Shown: positions 39,381-53,620, counted from the first letter of the stretch. The stretch: DNA of 64,000 nt from Carcharhinus longimanus (GCA_030264375.1 JASCQW010000122.1:40696702-40760701); one strand, 5' to 3'. Made by a program: numbers and translations. Notes: generated by a model from the sequence alone, not told the origin.

Positions 39381-41868
39381 TTGCCCATGTTATTTTAAAA
39401 CATATAGGTTCAAGTAGTTATGTTACTGTAATGTACCAAAAACTAAACTGCAACTTTTTCAAAAGTGCTAGCTTAGGTAAACAATTGTGTGCCTTGAACC
39501 TAATGTATTATAGTTTTTGAAATTACTGCACTTGCTACAGTCCCATAATGACATCAAATTAATATCACCTGATCAATTTATATCCTGCCCCAGCATTGAG
39601 TGGCTGTAAAATTATTATTAAATGTTTATGATTCAGATCCAGCATCTAAACTCTCAGCACTTTAAGTAGTGTTCAGTAGAAATCTATCTATTTTTATTTG
39701 AGTGCTGTCTTCAATAAAAGTTACCTTGCTCAATGATGCTTCCTAGCCCAATGGAAGCCTATCATGTGCTAGTAAGTAATAGACTGCAATTTGTAAAAAT
39801 GAAATCTGAGTGGGTCATCTGTAAAGTTGTCTGTCATTAAAAGATCATTGAGCTTGACATAAGGATTTACTATTGGGTTAGAGTTACTTGGGTTAATGGC
39901 TTGTGATACTATATATAAATTATTCATAATTGGTGATGCTGCTGAACAGATTCAAGTAACAAATGAAAAATCTTATTTGTACAGACAAGTTTCAAAAATT
40001 GATGTTTTTGTCAGTGAAAATATTTTAACATTGTTCTTTACATACTAATTCAACTTAACTAGACAAATTGGAAAACAAATTTTTGCTTTGGGTTTGTTAA
40101 AACTAAATCTTTTTTGGCGTAATTCAAGTCTGACCTACCTAGTTTTATGGTTTGTAAATCTTCTACGGCCTTAATCTGAAGGATAATATACATGTGCAAT
40201 GACAAATGGGTTTGGTAAATGGGTAAAACCTGCACACAAATCTCCAAGGTTTTATTGAGCATTTACATAAATTATACTTCATTGTTCTTGTAGATAAAAT
40301 TGTGCTAAATTTGTCACTGCCAAAGGCATTTATCAACATTTCTGAAGGGTGTTATTTTGATCTGGTATTGCTGGAGCTGATAGTTTCATTCCGGGTTGTT
40401 GTCCTTCCAAAAAAAAAATTATTTTAAACCTTGACCTGCAAATTAGAAAGGCTTCAATGTTTTATGAGAACAGATGTTAAAAGGCCAAGGTCTTGTTCTA
40501 CAGACAAATATAATTAGAGAGGGGTTGCAGAATGGATTTGAGGAATTATGTATGAATGTTGATCTCAAAAGTCGGTTTCCAGATGATCCAACAGCAAAGA
40601 TAAGCTGATCAGTAGTATAATTTGAATAAAACGGTTTATGTGACTTTGATGCTATTATGAATATATCTTTGTAGTTAAAGCATTTTGGGCATTGCTGTTT
40701 TCAAAATGTGATAAGGGCATAACCTAACAAATTTACCATACTGTGTTGGTATTAGACTAAAAGACCACCTTCAAATTGCACTTGATCCAATGCCATCAAG
40801 GATAAATGCTTCATTTTGAGCTAGAAGCCTCAGTTTATCATTATATCACATGGGCTTCTACGATTATGATTGAATCCAAGCTGTTCAAACGTATGAGTAA
40901 CACATGAGCTTTACTAGATATCCTGATTCTGGCACATTGCTGGCATAAACTTATTCATTTTGTATTGAAGATCAAATTATTTTATCAGCATTTTTGTTGT
41001 CAATTCTTTTTTAAAAGTACCCTTTCCAGGTGTTTTCCTAATGTAAAGACAAATACATTGATTGCACTATAGTTTCTGATAGAATACAAATAATTCTGAC
41101 AGCATNNNNNNNNNNNNNNNNNNNNNNNNNNNNNNNNNNNNNNNNNNNNNNNNNNNNNNNNNNNNNNNNNNNNNNNNNNNNNNNNNNNNNNNNNNNNNNN
41201 NNNNNACAGCATATGAGTCTTTGTATCAGTAATATATTTATCGATGGGGTGGATTATCTTTTGTGTAAGGTCAGATGAAACTTATGACAGCTGAAATGTT
41301 GCAATGGTACTTGTGACATTGACAGAAGAAATAGTAAGATACTTTGTTCTCGTGCGTACTTAAGGGCTAAACAATTGACGTGTTTTCTAGGATTTTGCCT
41401 CAATCAAAGAAAAGTTGACGAGAAATTTACTAGATTTTAAAACCTGATGTGTTGCAACAGAATTCTTGAACTATGGATGCCCATTCATAAAAACAAAATT
41501 AAATAGGCAGCTCGGACAATTTTTTCCAAAATAGATTGATCATGTGGAACAAATTGCCATTACATTTAGTTGAACAAAATCATTAGAGTTTCAAAGTGAA
41601 AATGGATGAGTTCCTGGGAGCTGAAAGAATTTATGGTTATTAATGATCTTCAAATGACTGTTGTCTTACCTAAAGCGGTGATAGTTGAATAAGATGTATA
41701 AGAAGGACTGATGCCTGAAATGTTATCCTATATTAGGCATTGAATCTGTGAACACTGTGGCAGGCTTGAGATGTCACTTCTAATTTTTAATTTTGTTTAT
41801 TTTTTTAAAAAGTCCTAGTTGATATAAGGAACGTAATTTGATGCATATAATTTATTCTTATCTCCCAG

Positions 41869-42073
41869 ATATTATTCTGCGTTGAAAACTATGGAACTTC
41901 TTGAAAATACGTATCTTCCCCAGGTTCATCAGTACCGTTTCTGTCAGATCATGACAGAAAATATTCCCAGGTTGCGAGATGAAGTCAAGGAAATTTCGAT
42001 GTCCGATTTGAAAGACTTTTTAGAAAGTATTCGGAAGCATTCTGATAAAATAGGAGAAATGGCCATGAAGCAA
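41869..42073 (+). CDS. EXOC6: EXOC6 coding exon 6 (205 nt)
   Basis: tctcccag|A-YYSALKTMELLENTYLPQVHQYRFCQIMTENIPRLRDEVKEISMSDLKDFLESIRKHSDKIGEMAMKQ|gtgaga. Confidence 0.97.
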
Positions 42074-42789
42074 GTGAGAAACATTAATTTAATTTCAAAG
42101 GCTTTTTATAACATACAATTTTGTTGTTACTTTCCAGAGCATCAATGTGTGGTATGGTTCATTTCTATTAAAAAAAATTTATTTAAAATTGTGACTTGGC
42201 AACTCAGTGGGTAAATGTAACTTGTGGAGATGTGCTAAGTCAAACAGACCATAGCAGTTGAATTCCTTGGTCTCTGTTATTAAACAGTTTAGCCAAGGCT
42301 GGATCACAGCAGTTGGCTTTGATGCTCAGGAGAAGAAACATTATTCAGTGTTCCCATTGCACATGATTATCCAGTGATTTCTTTTAGTTGCCAAGCGTGC
42401 TCTCAGTGAGAACAGTATCTTGTGTTTTGATAATCTGCTGATACCCTGTCTTGGTTTTCACGTGGAAAATGGCCAGCTCGACGAGGTACCTAAAGAACGT
42501 CCACATCTACAGATCTATATCCCAGCTTTCTGAGGGGGAGAGAAGAACATTAGTGATGGACATAAAACTGAATGCTGTTGCTATTTTACTGGAGTATTGG
42601 TTTGGAGTTACGACACAAGGTTAAATCACAATTTTCCATTTGGATCTCCAGAGCAGATTTTGTCATTTTGGACAAGTTAACTGCAGAATTGATTGACAGA
42701 CTTGTAATACTGAAGGCTGTTTTCTGATGGTTAGATATCGTTATTGGAAGATTTCTGTATAAAATCATCTGCCTCTCTGTTAACGTGGG

Positions 42790-43088
42790 GAATCCATAGA
42801 ACCCATTCAGTAAAGAAGGCCATTTGGCCCATCATGCCTGCATTCTCCCCAAATCCCTGTAGTCCCCTAGATTTACCCTGGCTAATCCACTTAGCATACA
42901 TGTCTTGGAACACAAGGGGCAACTTAGCATGGTCAGTCCATTTAATCTGTACATTTTTGGACTGCGGGAGGAAGTTGGAGCACCCGCAGGGCATAAGGAG
43001 AACATGCAAACTTCACACAGTCATCCAAGACCAGAATTGAACCTGGGTCCTTGCGCTGTGAGGCAACAGTACTAACCACTGTGCCACT
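42790..43088 (-). mobile_element. Near full-length V-SINE/HE1-like SINE
   Basis: On minus: A-box TGGCACAGTGGTTAG, B-box GGTTCAATTC, V-domain TTCCTCCCGCAGTCCAAAAATGT, CR1-like tail GGGCCAAATGGCCTTC. Confidence 0.88.
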
Positions 43089-43875
43089 GAAACTAACTGG
43101 AGAGGAATTTTGTAACTATCAAATTGCCAAAAAGTCCTCCAAAGTTGCTTAATCTTTCTCAAGAGTTGGATGAATTCAGGAAAAATGTTTTCATTGTGTG
43201 CTAAAATAAAATATACGTGAAAGCCCTCCTGGGGGGAAGCAGTCCCGTTCCAGTCAAAATATAGCTTCGTGGTTAGTTGAGTTCAGTCTTGTTAGAAGAG
43301 AATTGCTCAGATGCATTTTGTGTTCTTTTTCAAACATTTTACCATTGAAACATTTGGAAACTGTCTTTTTAGTTTTGAATGATACTCCAAATATTATAAT
43401 GCAGTTTAGAAGTTTAATATTCAAGTTTTGGTGTACTAGATTTGAGTTACAATAAGTAATGCACTGGCATTCAGACTGTCGTGAATACTTGTTCATTTTA
43501 AGATAAATGTGTTATGTCTTTAAACTGATATACTTGTCAAATGGCCTTTTGAGCTGGAATAAATAATGATCCCTGCTTCTGATGAGCTAAGTTATCAAAA
43601 TGGCTATTCTGGAATGAGGCGAGTACTTTCCTCAAGTAAGAGAAGTTGATTGAGAAATTTAAGACTCCTGCTTTATCTTGGTAAATGATGTGTATTGCAA
43701 TGTTGGTTTAAATTCTTCGTAAAACTTGGCTCAAGATATATCTTGCATTATCTTATGATTATACTGTTTCTGAATTCTAAATATGGATAATTCAATGATC
43801 TGTAATGCTTGAAATTTATCAAAACAAGTGCGTGTTTGGAATATTTTTGGTTGACTTTGTATTGATGATCCACAG

Positions 43876-44031
43876 TCTCAGCAACACAGAACTTTCAATA
43901 GTGTTGTAAAGAAGCAAACCAATAACAGCAATGAAAGAAAGTTGTATATTGCCAATGGTATTGTCTCTGGGCACATAGATGTAACAACGTCAGAACAATT
44001 ACAAGATGATGAAGATGAATATGAAGAGGAG
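43876..44031 (+). CDS. EXOC6: EXOC6 coding exon 7 (156 nt, variable linker ending in an acidic run)
   Basis: ccacag|SQQHRTFNSVVKKQTNNSNERKLYIANGIVSGHIDVTTSEQLQDDEDEYEEE|gtaatt; phase 0/0 fits between exons 6 and 8. Confidence 0.9.
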
Positions 44032-44590
44032 GTAATTTTAATCATTGTTCCTTATTTAGACAGTTTATAAATAGAAACATTAATTGCATGACAAAATACA
44101 CAAGCACATGATATTTGTGTCGACCAAAAGTGCATTTTTTCCACCAGTTGGTGTGCCTTGCTATTTTGAATGAGACTGAAATGTTCCGACAATATAAAAT
44201 TAAAAAGCTCTCTAAGAAACTTGTGAAAACTGTTCTCGCAGTAAGTTCAGTGGGCAACCAGAGCAGTAGGTTGATCATAAATACTTGCGTATGATCAAAC
44301 AGTGGGATACATGGTTTTAGCAGAACTTCTTGTCCTGCCTAGTATGCAACTGTTTTATGCGCTGATTCTGTGAAGTTGGATCATGAGTCCAGAACTCTGA
44401 TAGAAAACCTTTCCCATTAGGAGTTGAGCACTTGTCTTTCTGGGCATTTTGAATGTACAATTGTGAAATGTGTGCTGAACATTTTTACAGTCAAAAGTTT
44501 TGATGTATTAATTTATGCTTGCAGAGTAACTGCTAGTGCAGTTTGATGTTTGGTTAATAGTCTAAAGTTTGGTATATACATAATCCACAG

Positions 44591-44659
44591 GTTCTCACTG
44601 CCCAGGACCTAGTGGATTTCTCTCCTGTATACAGATGTCTGCATATATACACCATTTTG
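44591..44659 (+). CDS. EXOC6: EXOC6 coding exon 8 (69 nt)
   Basis: ccacag|VLTAQDLVDFSPVYRCLHIYTIL|gtaagt. Confidence 0.96.
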
Positions 44660-44794
44660 GTAAGTGTTTTCCAAATTCCTCAATATTTCTATTTAAAGTT
44701 GGCCATACATTTATACATTACACAGGAAAGGATATTGGTTTTAATAATATCAGTTGAGGTGAAGTACAGACAGGTGGTGGGCACGAATTGGTAA

Positions 44795-45170
44795 CTTGAG
44801 CATATAAGAAGAATGAGGGGGGATCTTATAGAAATATATAATATTATGAAGGGAATAGATGGAAGCAGGAGGTTGTTTCCACTGGCTGGTGAAACTAGAA
44901 CTAGGGGGCATAGCCTTAAAATAAGACGGAACAGATTTAGCACTAAGTTGAGGAGGAACTTTTCACCCAAAGGGTTGTGAATCTGTGGAATTCCCTGCCC
45001 ACTGAAGCAGTTGAGGCTACCTTATTGAATGCTTTTAAGGCAAAGATAAATTTTTGAACAGTAAAGAATTGTGTTATAAGCTGAGTTCACAAAGATCAGT
45101 CATGGTCTTATTGAATGGTGGAGCAGCTCAAGTTGCCAGATGGCCTACTCTTGTTCCTACTTATCTTCTT
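44795..45170 (+). mobile_element. CR1 LINE 3' end
   Basis: MRGDLIEIYNIMKGIDG, TRGHSLKIR, RNFFTQRVVNLWNSLP and 3' UTR. Confidence 0.9.
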
Positions 45171-47442
45171 GTATGAAGAGACGCTTACTGATAAAGGAGG
45201 AGAGTGAAGTCGAGAGATATATGCCTTTAATGTTTCACTCAGAATAAATCTACTGCAAGTAACGCTGGGTCTAGTTTCTTCCTTCAACTGCGGATTGGTT
45301 ATTCTCACCAAATAATAAGGAAATTTTAATAAGCTGCATAGAAATACTTATGTGAAGTAAAGAGGAAAATTGTTTTCAGCTTCTGTAGCAATGTTTTTAA
45401 ACATTGTTAAAACTGAGGCAGGGAGATTCTGAATGTAAGGAATGTTCAGTTCTTCAAATGTCTTGGTATAAAGTACAATAGGATTTTATTTCCCTTCAAC
45501 TTGAATCTTAATTCAGTATATTTTTGGGTAAGATGTGCACCGCTTCAACCCAGTGAAAAAGACTCCTTTCTGAAATGTTTGCATGTTGTGATGAAAGGAA
45601 TGTTGCATTTGTACATGCTACTTGTGTACAAAACCTTACTTCCTGTGTTACACTGTCCAAGGCTATGATCTTCCAGTCAGCTGCCCTCAAATTTTCTGCA
45701 CCCCGATTTGGGGTGGTTGTTTGTGATGCCCCATTCAATTATGCTGGCAACCAGGATAACATTTCCTGGTAAAATATCCAAGTATGGCCCAAGTCTCTGA
45801 CAGAACTGTGGAGACTTTTGCAGGGATCCTGGCCAGTGCAAATCAGCCTTGTGTGGCACCTCATGAATACATTTTGGAAATCCAAATATATTATGACCTC
45901 CAGTTCCCCTTAATATACTTTGTTAGTATCTCTTATAATCTTCACCTTTATGGAAAAGCCCTTTGTTTCCTGTTAATAATTACTGGCTCTGATGCTGTGT
46001 TGTGGTTGGTACTTGAATTTCTTCTGAAAAGTCATCAGCTGCTAATTTCCAAAAGCATCCTTAAAATTAAGTTTAAAAAGCTCATGTGATGATATGATTT
46101 GCAATCATGTGACGTAATTAAATTCATCCATTGAATTAACTTGAGTCTTTTCAGAAGCTTTCATTTGCAGGTCTTGGCTTTAACATGAAATATTTGGCAA
46201 TAGCTATTATTAGATGAATTGCCATCCAGTCTTTTATGGCACATAATGAGGCTAGTTGGTGGGGGGGGGGGGGGGGGGGGGGNNNNNNNNNNNNNNNNNN
46301 NNNNNNNNNNNNNNNNNNNNNNNNNNNNNNNNNNNNNNNNNNNNNNNNNNNNNNNNNNNNNNNNNNNNNNNNNNNNNNNNNNGGGAATATGAGTGGGCCA
46401 AAATTCCCAGGGTAGTTGAACTGTTCTTTGGTTGCTTCCAAATTGAATTTTTCAGAATTACCTTAAGTTGAACAAATATTAAGCATTTTATTCAGGTGAA
46501 GTAAAATTATAGAGCGCCAATTTGTGTGAAGTAGAAGAAAATAGATTGCAGATTGTACATCTGTTGTAGCATTGTTAATTGGGAAGTGCTTATACAGCCA
46601 GCATGTGTCTGTCGTCTTAATTTAAGTTAACTTTCAAAGCTGGGATTTTGAAGAAAATTTTATATAGCTTACTGATATTTAGAAGTATTAATGCTCAAAT
46701 TGTGAGTGTGGTCTATGAGACTCCAGATCTACTTGGGATGATATGGGAATTTTTTATCAGATCGCAAATTTCCACTGGGAGCATTGAGGTGCTCTATAAA
46801 TGTTGGGCTCGTGTTAATGAAATTCTGTTCTTTTGGCTTGTTACCTGTTTTTAAAATAGACGCAAGCAATACATAAATTTGAGAGTTAATTTGGAAGATC
46901 CGAGAGCAAAAGGAGTTTTTTTATGAAGATTATTTCAAGATTCATATGTGGCATCCCAGTTGACATCCTGGAGAAGCTTTGCTTCAGCGAAAAAGTTCAG
47001 ACAATCTAGTTTTGGTATATGAAACAGTTAATTCTTGATGTAGAGCTAAGTAGTGAAGAGTACATTTAAGCATAAATAGACACCTGGTCCAGCTAGTAGT
47101 ACCTTCTGTTTCTCAGGAAGGTGTATTCTTAAACTAAAATGCTGTGAATGGAATTGACTAAGTACTTCGAACTTTTATCTCCAAAGAAACTTCAGAGGCT
47201 GTTTGTCATCAGTCATTTTCCATCAGCTCTTCCCAGTAACATCTGCAGAGACCAGAAGTCTAATGATCAAACCTGAGACTTTAATGATCAAAAAAATTGG
47301 CTCAGTACCAACATAACTTCAATTATTCAGGAGAGTAAATGCCTCCATTCATTTGTATTTAGAATCCAGGTTTTGGAGACAGTACTAAGGAAGAATGCTT
47401 TGCTGACCTGTTAATTATTTTGAATAGCACCAGATCACCCTG

Positions 47443-47601
47443 GGCAGGATTTTCCTCCCCCTCTGCAATGTGTTTTGTGGTGGCGTGCCACTTGCTGGTG
47501 ACTGGTCTCACTGTTGTCAATGCAGTTTCCACTGAATGCACTCCTCACTGCTGGGAAACCCATGGCAGTGGTGTGCCATTAATGGGACTGTAAAATTCTG
47601 C
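47443..47601. repeat. Possible MITE-like element with short imperfect terminal inverted repeats
   Basis: GCAGGATTTTCC ... GTAAAATTCTGC enclosing about 140 bp of GC-richer sequence. Confidence 0.35.
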
Positions 47602-48169
47602 AGTCGTAAACAGCCGCAGGATTTCGGTGCTTGTCTGTCTTGGTGATGAACAGAGATTTTTCAGATGAAATCTTAGATTTTGGCTGGTGGCATTTTGCCC
47701 CTTTTTACTGAAGCTTCCCTGCCTATGATGTATGTAATCCAGCAAGAGCGTGTTTTGTTGTTAATATAGACTTCATCCTGTATAACATGGACTAACTGCA
47801 TGAAAAGTTGAAATGCTGAAGTCACTCGGTGATTTTTTTTCAAATACATTGGTCCACTGTCTTGATGGCAATAGAAGGTAACCAAAAGGAAGCTAATGTT
47901 TCTGTCTGCTTGAAACCTAACAACTTCACCCATTTATACATGATTGCTTGTCACAATTTTGTAACCTTTTTTGTCTTTGGCTGCTATCTCTGTGAATTCC
48001 TCCTCCCCCAGCAAAATACTACTGCATGGTACCTATTTAATGCACAGCACAAAAACAACTTACAACCTAACTTGTCCATATTAGTGTTTATGTACCACTG
48101 CCACCCTCCATCCTCATCTAATCTCATCAATATACTCTTCCATTCCTTTCCCGCCTCGTGTGTCTATCT

Positions 48170-49345
48170 CCCAGATTGCCTGGATCCACTACAGTTCTCC
48201 AATTGCAGCAACAGGTCCACAGCTGACGCCATCTCCTTGGCCCTGCACTCAACTGGAATGCCTGGATAACAAGGACACTTGTGACAGACTCTTATTTATT
48301 GGCTCAGCCTTCAACAGTATTATCCCAACAAAACTTATTTCCAAACTCTGTGGGCTCGGACTCAGCTCTTACCTCTGCAACTGAATCCTAGACTCCTAAC
48401 CCAGACCACAATCAGTAAGGATAGGCATCAACACCTCTTCCATGATTATCCTCGACATGGGGTATCCTCAACCCCGTTTGTATACTCCTTATACGTGTAA
48501 CGACTGTGGCCAAATTCTGCCCCATTTTCAAGTTTGCCAATGATATAACCATAGTTGGATCTCAAACTACGATATGGAGTACAGGAAAGAGAGAATCTGA
48601 TGAAATGTTGCAAAGATAGTAATCTCTCCCTCAGTGTAATGAGGGAGATAGTCATTGACTTCAGTAAGGTTAACGGAGAATATGCCCTGTATCCATCAAT
48701 GACATTGGTCAAGGGCTTCACATTTTTAGATATCCAGATTACCAGCAACCTGCCCTGGTTCCTCCAAGCTGACGCTATAACTAAGAAGCCCACCAATGCC
48801 TCTACTTTGTCAGGAGACAAAGGAAATTTGGCATGTCTGCTGCAACTCTCCAACTTCTACAGATATATCATAGAAAGCATCCTTTTCGGATGTATGACAG
48901 CTTGGTATGGCTCCTACTGTGAACAAGACCGCAAGAAACTAGAAAGGGTTGTGAACGTAGCCCAGCACATCACAAACCAGCATCCTGCCCATTGACGCCG
49001 TCTGCACTTTCTGCTGCCTCAGAAAGGCAGCCAGCAAAATCAAAGAGCCCACGTGCCCTGGACATACTCCTCTTCCTCCACCTTCTATCAGGAAAAGAGT
49101 ACAAAAGTCTGAGATCATGTACCAACTGACTGAAGAACAGCTTCTTCCCTGCTGCCATCAGACTTTTGAATGGACCTACTGTATATTAAGCTGATTTTTC
49201 TCTACACTCTATGTCTGTAACATTACATTCTGCACCCTCCCTTTCCTTCTCCCCTATGTACTCTGTATCTGTCTTGTCTGCATAACAAGCAACAAACAAT
49301 ACTTTTCACTGTATTCCAATACGTGTAACAATTAATCAAATCTAA
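48170..49345 (+). mobile_element. Rex1/Babar-type LINE, RT to 3' end, decayed
   Basis: [61 protein letters not shown]; tail AATTAATCAAATC. Confidence 0.85.
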
Positions 49346-52300
49346 CTTTGCTGTAGCTTCTACAGCTGTCCAAATATACAGCCTCAAATCTTAATGAAAG
49401 AATATGATCAAATCTAGTTTGAATTCTATCCTGCCATCTTTAGACTTTGTGTCTGTATGTAGTAGACAATAAAGCACTTTGGAAAATGTTTCAATGCTTT
49501 ATACCAAAAAAGAAATGAACATGATTATTGCAAGTACTGAACTGATTAACCGTGGTCCTCTTAAGGAAGGCAGCCTGTCATTCCTATCAGGCCTAACTAC
49601 ACCTTCCTGCTTTTTTCCACTGGTTGATGCTTCATAATAACCTCTGGAGTGATGTTGCTATCGACTCTGTTACTAACAATTGTTCCCAAGTTCAGAAGTA
49701 AGAGAAACAGCTGAATCTCCCAGGATTTGCCCAGCACCATCCTTCATCACTGGATCAGTTATCTTTGTATTCCTATACTGGCATTATGTATGGAATTTAA
49801 TCTGCATAAGGACTGATCAAGGTAAAAAGCAATCACCACTGCCTTGGGTGGTTTTACCAATTTGAGTTTCACTTTTGAAAGTGTTCCTTTCTGTAATTGG
49901 GTGTCCAGAAAGATGATAACAGCAAACTGCTTTTTGGAATGAGATGATTATCAAAACTTTTACTTGTTGAAAATATGGTATCTTTAAAACACTAGCATTG
50001 CACAAATGAAACTGTTGGTCGATAATACATATACTTTGCTATGGATATTAATAGGCTGGCTGTTTTGCAACATGTTGAAGTTCTAACAGTGTATTAAACC
50101 ATAGTGTCTGTTTTTCTTGGGTTCCATAGGTCAATATACACCATGTATTGGCTTGTGCCCCATTTTCTCTTGGATCTTTATCACAGCATAGCTGCAGGGA
50201 CAGTTAATTTAAACAGACCTGATTTCTCTTCTAGCCACCTGTCCATAAACCGGTTTTTTCAATTTGCTTCTCCCTTAAGTGGTGGCATATTTCCCAACCC
50301 CCTCCTGTTTCAGTGTGATCCAATTTTCTATTCATAATCTATATTGAAATTGAGTGTGTGTTTGTTTGTTTGCATACTCAAATGTGAGGCACACATCCCC
50401 ATTTGTACTCTTACAGGGAAAGAGGCATAAGGAAAGAAAAGACTTACTGGGCAAAGACCACAAAATAATTTTCGTGTGGGCCCAGAGTCCAGAATCAAAG
50501 TCCAATAAGTTATCCCTTCATGGAGGTCAGCAGGTTGAAACCGATGCTGTATAATTCACTTTTCCAGTGGACTTGACTGTGCACAAGTTGATGTGTATGC
50601 AGAGATGAATCAGGCTTGCAAGTGATTCTATAAAAGTGCAATAGAAACAGTAGATGGGGCTTGGTATTCAATCTGGGAAAAACTCCATTATTCTGCTGGT
50701 AGCAGCATAATAAAGTTGGTAAATGGCAAACTTGAGTCTTTTTTTAGTTCAGCAAGACAATATTACTGGCTACACAAGCTAGGGGATTCTATGTCACATT
50801 GTTCGCACCTCTTCAGTGAGAAAGTGTGTGCATCCTGTGTCTGGATTCCCAAGGTGGTTAAATGTTCCAACCATTAAGGTTTAAAGGGAAGATTTTGGGG
50901 TCCGATAAGCCATGCTGGCCAACTGGGACCTTTTGAAATGCAGATCATCTTTGTATACTTCTCTTTGAATTTGGTTTCTGCAGTCTGGAGGAGTCATTGA
51001 TCTCTCCAAGTTTCTGTGATATCACTGTGGTAGCTCATTTTTGCCCAGGTGTCACAGACAAGCATAGGTCCAGCCATTTTAAAAGCCCTTTGTCCAGTAG
51101 ATTTTAGATATGGATATCTCTCATATAAATATTTATATTGTGGTGTGTGTATAATATTGTCAGTTCCATTGTTCTACAGCTGCTGCAACATAGACATGTA
51201 ATGACTGGGGAAACGTGGTTTGACCACAATGCTTTTGTATTTGTATGCATATTGCAACAGCTTGCTAAATCAATTGTATTTCAGCTTTTTTAAAATGTAA
51301 AGCTTTTTCTTAATGGGAAGCTGATCTTTTTCTAAAAAAAATCACGTCTAAAATGGCCATGTTGCACTTACTTTTATTGGTTGAAAACCTATTATCTTTG
51401 CACCATTAATACCAGGTTCTTAAAGAATTAAGTAATAGGCTAAAACAGCTTTGACCTGGCAATAACCTCCATTGTAAAATCAAAACACAATGCTAAGCTG
51501 CTTTGTTCAGCTAGCTGGAAAGTTGTGTTGCATTCATGGGAAGGGTGATCGAGTACTCTATAACAAATAGTTTCAAGCAGATGGATAGTTTCTTCAAGAA
51601 TGCTTGTCTTGGTCAATGGTGAAGTATCCTCAAGCACCTTAATCTGTTAAAATGATACGCCAAGGCATGTAATCCATTTCATGACTGACTTGCATAGACT
51701 TTGTTCCTAAATTAGCATTAATTTGGGTTAACCACAATCAAAAATATATAAATCAGGAATGTTTCAGGATTGACCTTTCTGGATTGGCTGCTCTCTGAGT
51801 AAAGGTTAGGGGGACTGCTGTTGACCTTGGCACCCTGGACTTGGATAGCAAAAGTTGGTTCTGAATGCTACCAGAGGATCTGTTGACAGTGGGGAAACCT
51901 TTAGAGTGTTATGGCTGCTAGACATTTTAAGCTGTTTATATTTTGAGTTGTTTCCTTCAATTCAAAGTAAAATTGAGTAATTTGGTGAGGGGATGTGATG
52001 ATCTCTTAGTTCTGGCCAGAGACAGGCCCATGTGACTGGGCTGTAATAGGGACAAGGCCTAGGTGGAGTCTATCTTAAAGACCAGCATATATTTTAGTAC
52101 CTGGATAAAAAGGTAGAGGTGGCTACTCCTGTTGCTTGTAGTCGGATTGAAAACAGGTGCTTTTGGGTTCATCACCACGCAGAGTTCAGGGGTTACCTGG
52201 CAAAACCAGAGAAACTTCGATTATTCACCTTGGAGCCGAGGAGGTTAAGGGGCAATTTAATACAAGTGTATCAGAAATAGGGTAATAACATGCTGAATTT

Positions 52301-52529
52301 AATAAGGGATAACTTGATACTCCAATCCCACCATCTTTTCAGAAGCCTGTAGCTTGAACATCAGCCTGAGGTGGTAGACTGTTTTGCGATCCTATAATGT
52401 ACATACACAAGGTGCTAATAAGTGTTTGTGAATCAACTAAGCTGAGTATGCAAGTTTGCATTCTACAAGTTTTCAGCTGGTGGTCCAATGCTACCTACTT
52501 AGGAGCGCTATTACTAGTGAGAAAATATA

Positions 52530-53620
52530 GGAATGGGAAATAGCCTTTAATCCCTCAAGCCTGTTCTGCCATTCAATTACAGACCTGCTTACACACCATG
52601 TACACTTCCTCATATCTCTTGATACCTTTTGGATAACAAAAATCTGTCAAATTCAGTTAAAATTGGCAGTTGATCTGGCATCAGTTGGCATCCACAAGAA
52701 AATTTCCAAACTACTACCACCCTTCTCGTTCAGAAATGTTTCCTAATTTTGTTCTGTGAGGTAGGGCTCCAACTTTGATTATGCTCCTTAGCCAAGGATG
52801 ATGTATCTTTTGCTAAGGTGGGGTACCCAGAATTCAGTCCTGCAGTTGTTGTCTAGATGTGGAGATGCCAGCATTGGACTGGGATAAAAACCAGTAAGAA
52901 GTCTCAACACGAGGTTAAAGTCCAACAGGTTTATTTGGTAGCAAAAGCGAAAGCTAGTGGCTTTTACTACCAAATAAACCTGTTGGTCTTTAACCTGGTG
53001 TTGAGAATTCTTACGTGTTGTTGTCTAACCAGGGCTTTGTCTAGTTGAATCATGTTTACTATCTCCTGTATTCTAGTCTTTTAGATATAAACTCCAGCCT
53101 TTGATTATTTTCTTAACCTGTTCATGACATTTTAATTGTATCTGGACCCCAAAATGCCTTTGAACCGCCACTGTTGCTATTATGTCACCATTTTGAAATG
53201 CCCTTTTTTAGGTCCACAGGAAATGGCTCCACATTTTGCTTGAAATTAATTTGCTACAATTTTTCCCATTCATATGAAGTTGCAAAGAGAGATGCTTTGC
53301 TCTGCAATGCTTATAATACCACCTACCTTTATGCCATGGAAAATTGGATTTTTTTGAGCATCATTGAAGTCATTAATAAACACAACGAATTAGTTGAGGC
53401 TCTAGCCTGAATTGTTGGGGGACATCATAAATCAAATCCTGCCAACTTGAGTACCTGCCCAATTTCCTGACTGTCTTCTACCACTTAGCCAATTTCCTAA
53501 CCAGGTCAGTAATTTGCCCTGAATTCAAAAAATGTCAACTTTAGGTAGCAAATTTCTTATGAGGAACTTTATCAAATACTTGATTGAAGTCTAGTTTGTA
53601 TAAATAACAATCATAACAAT
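52530..53620 (-). mobile_element. Old CR1 LINE interrupted by a fold-back Penelope insert
   Basis: Tail CCCTCAAGCCTGTTCTGCCATTCAAT; GGTACCCAGAATTC...TCTAACCAGGGC; ACTTTATCAAATACTTGATTGAAGTC (DFNQVFDKV on minus). Confidence 0.72.
52856..53016. mobile_element. Fold-back Penelope-derived mini-insertion with 11-bp TSD
   Basis: 55-bp inverted arms 52894-52948 and 52960-53014 (4 mismatches) around GAAAGCTAGTG; GTTGTTGTCTA at 52845-52855 and 53017-53027. Confidence 0.88.

Noticed and set aside
41099-41212. ACAGCAT repeated on both sides of a gap, read as a TSD
   Set aside because: More likely overlapping contig ends around a placeholder gap.
41882-42214. ORF-track extensions of EXOC6 exons (also 25876, 54245, 58933, 59971) as separate genes
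   Set aside because: EXOC6 similarity stops exactly at the GT donors; the remainder is intron read-through.
42990-43088. tRNA gene
   Set aside because: The A/B boxes belong to a SINE head; there is no cloverleaf and the sequence continues into the V-SINE core.
46258-46385. Poly-G run as a G-quadruplex element
   Set aside because: It borders a 100-N gap, so its length and context are unreliable.
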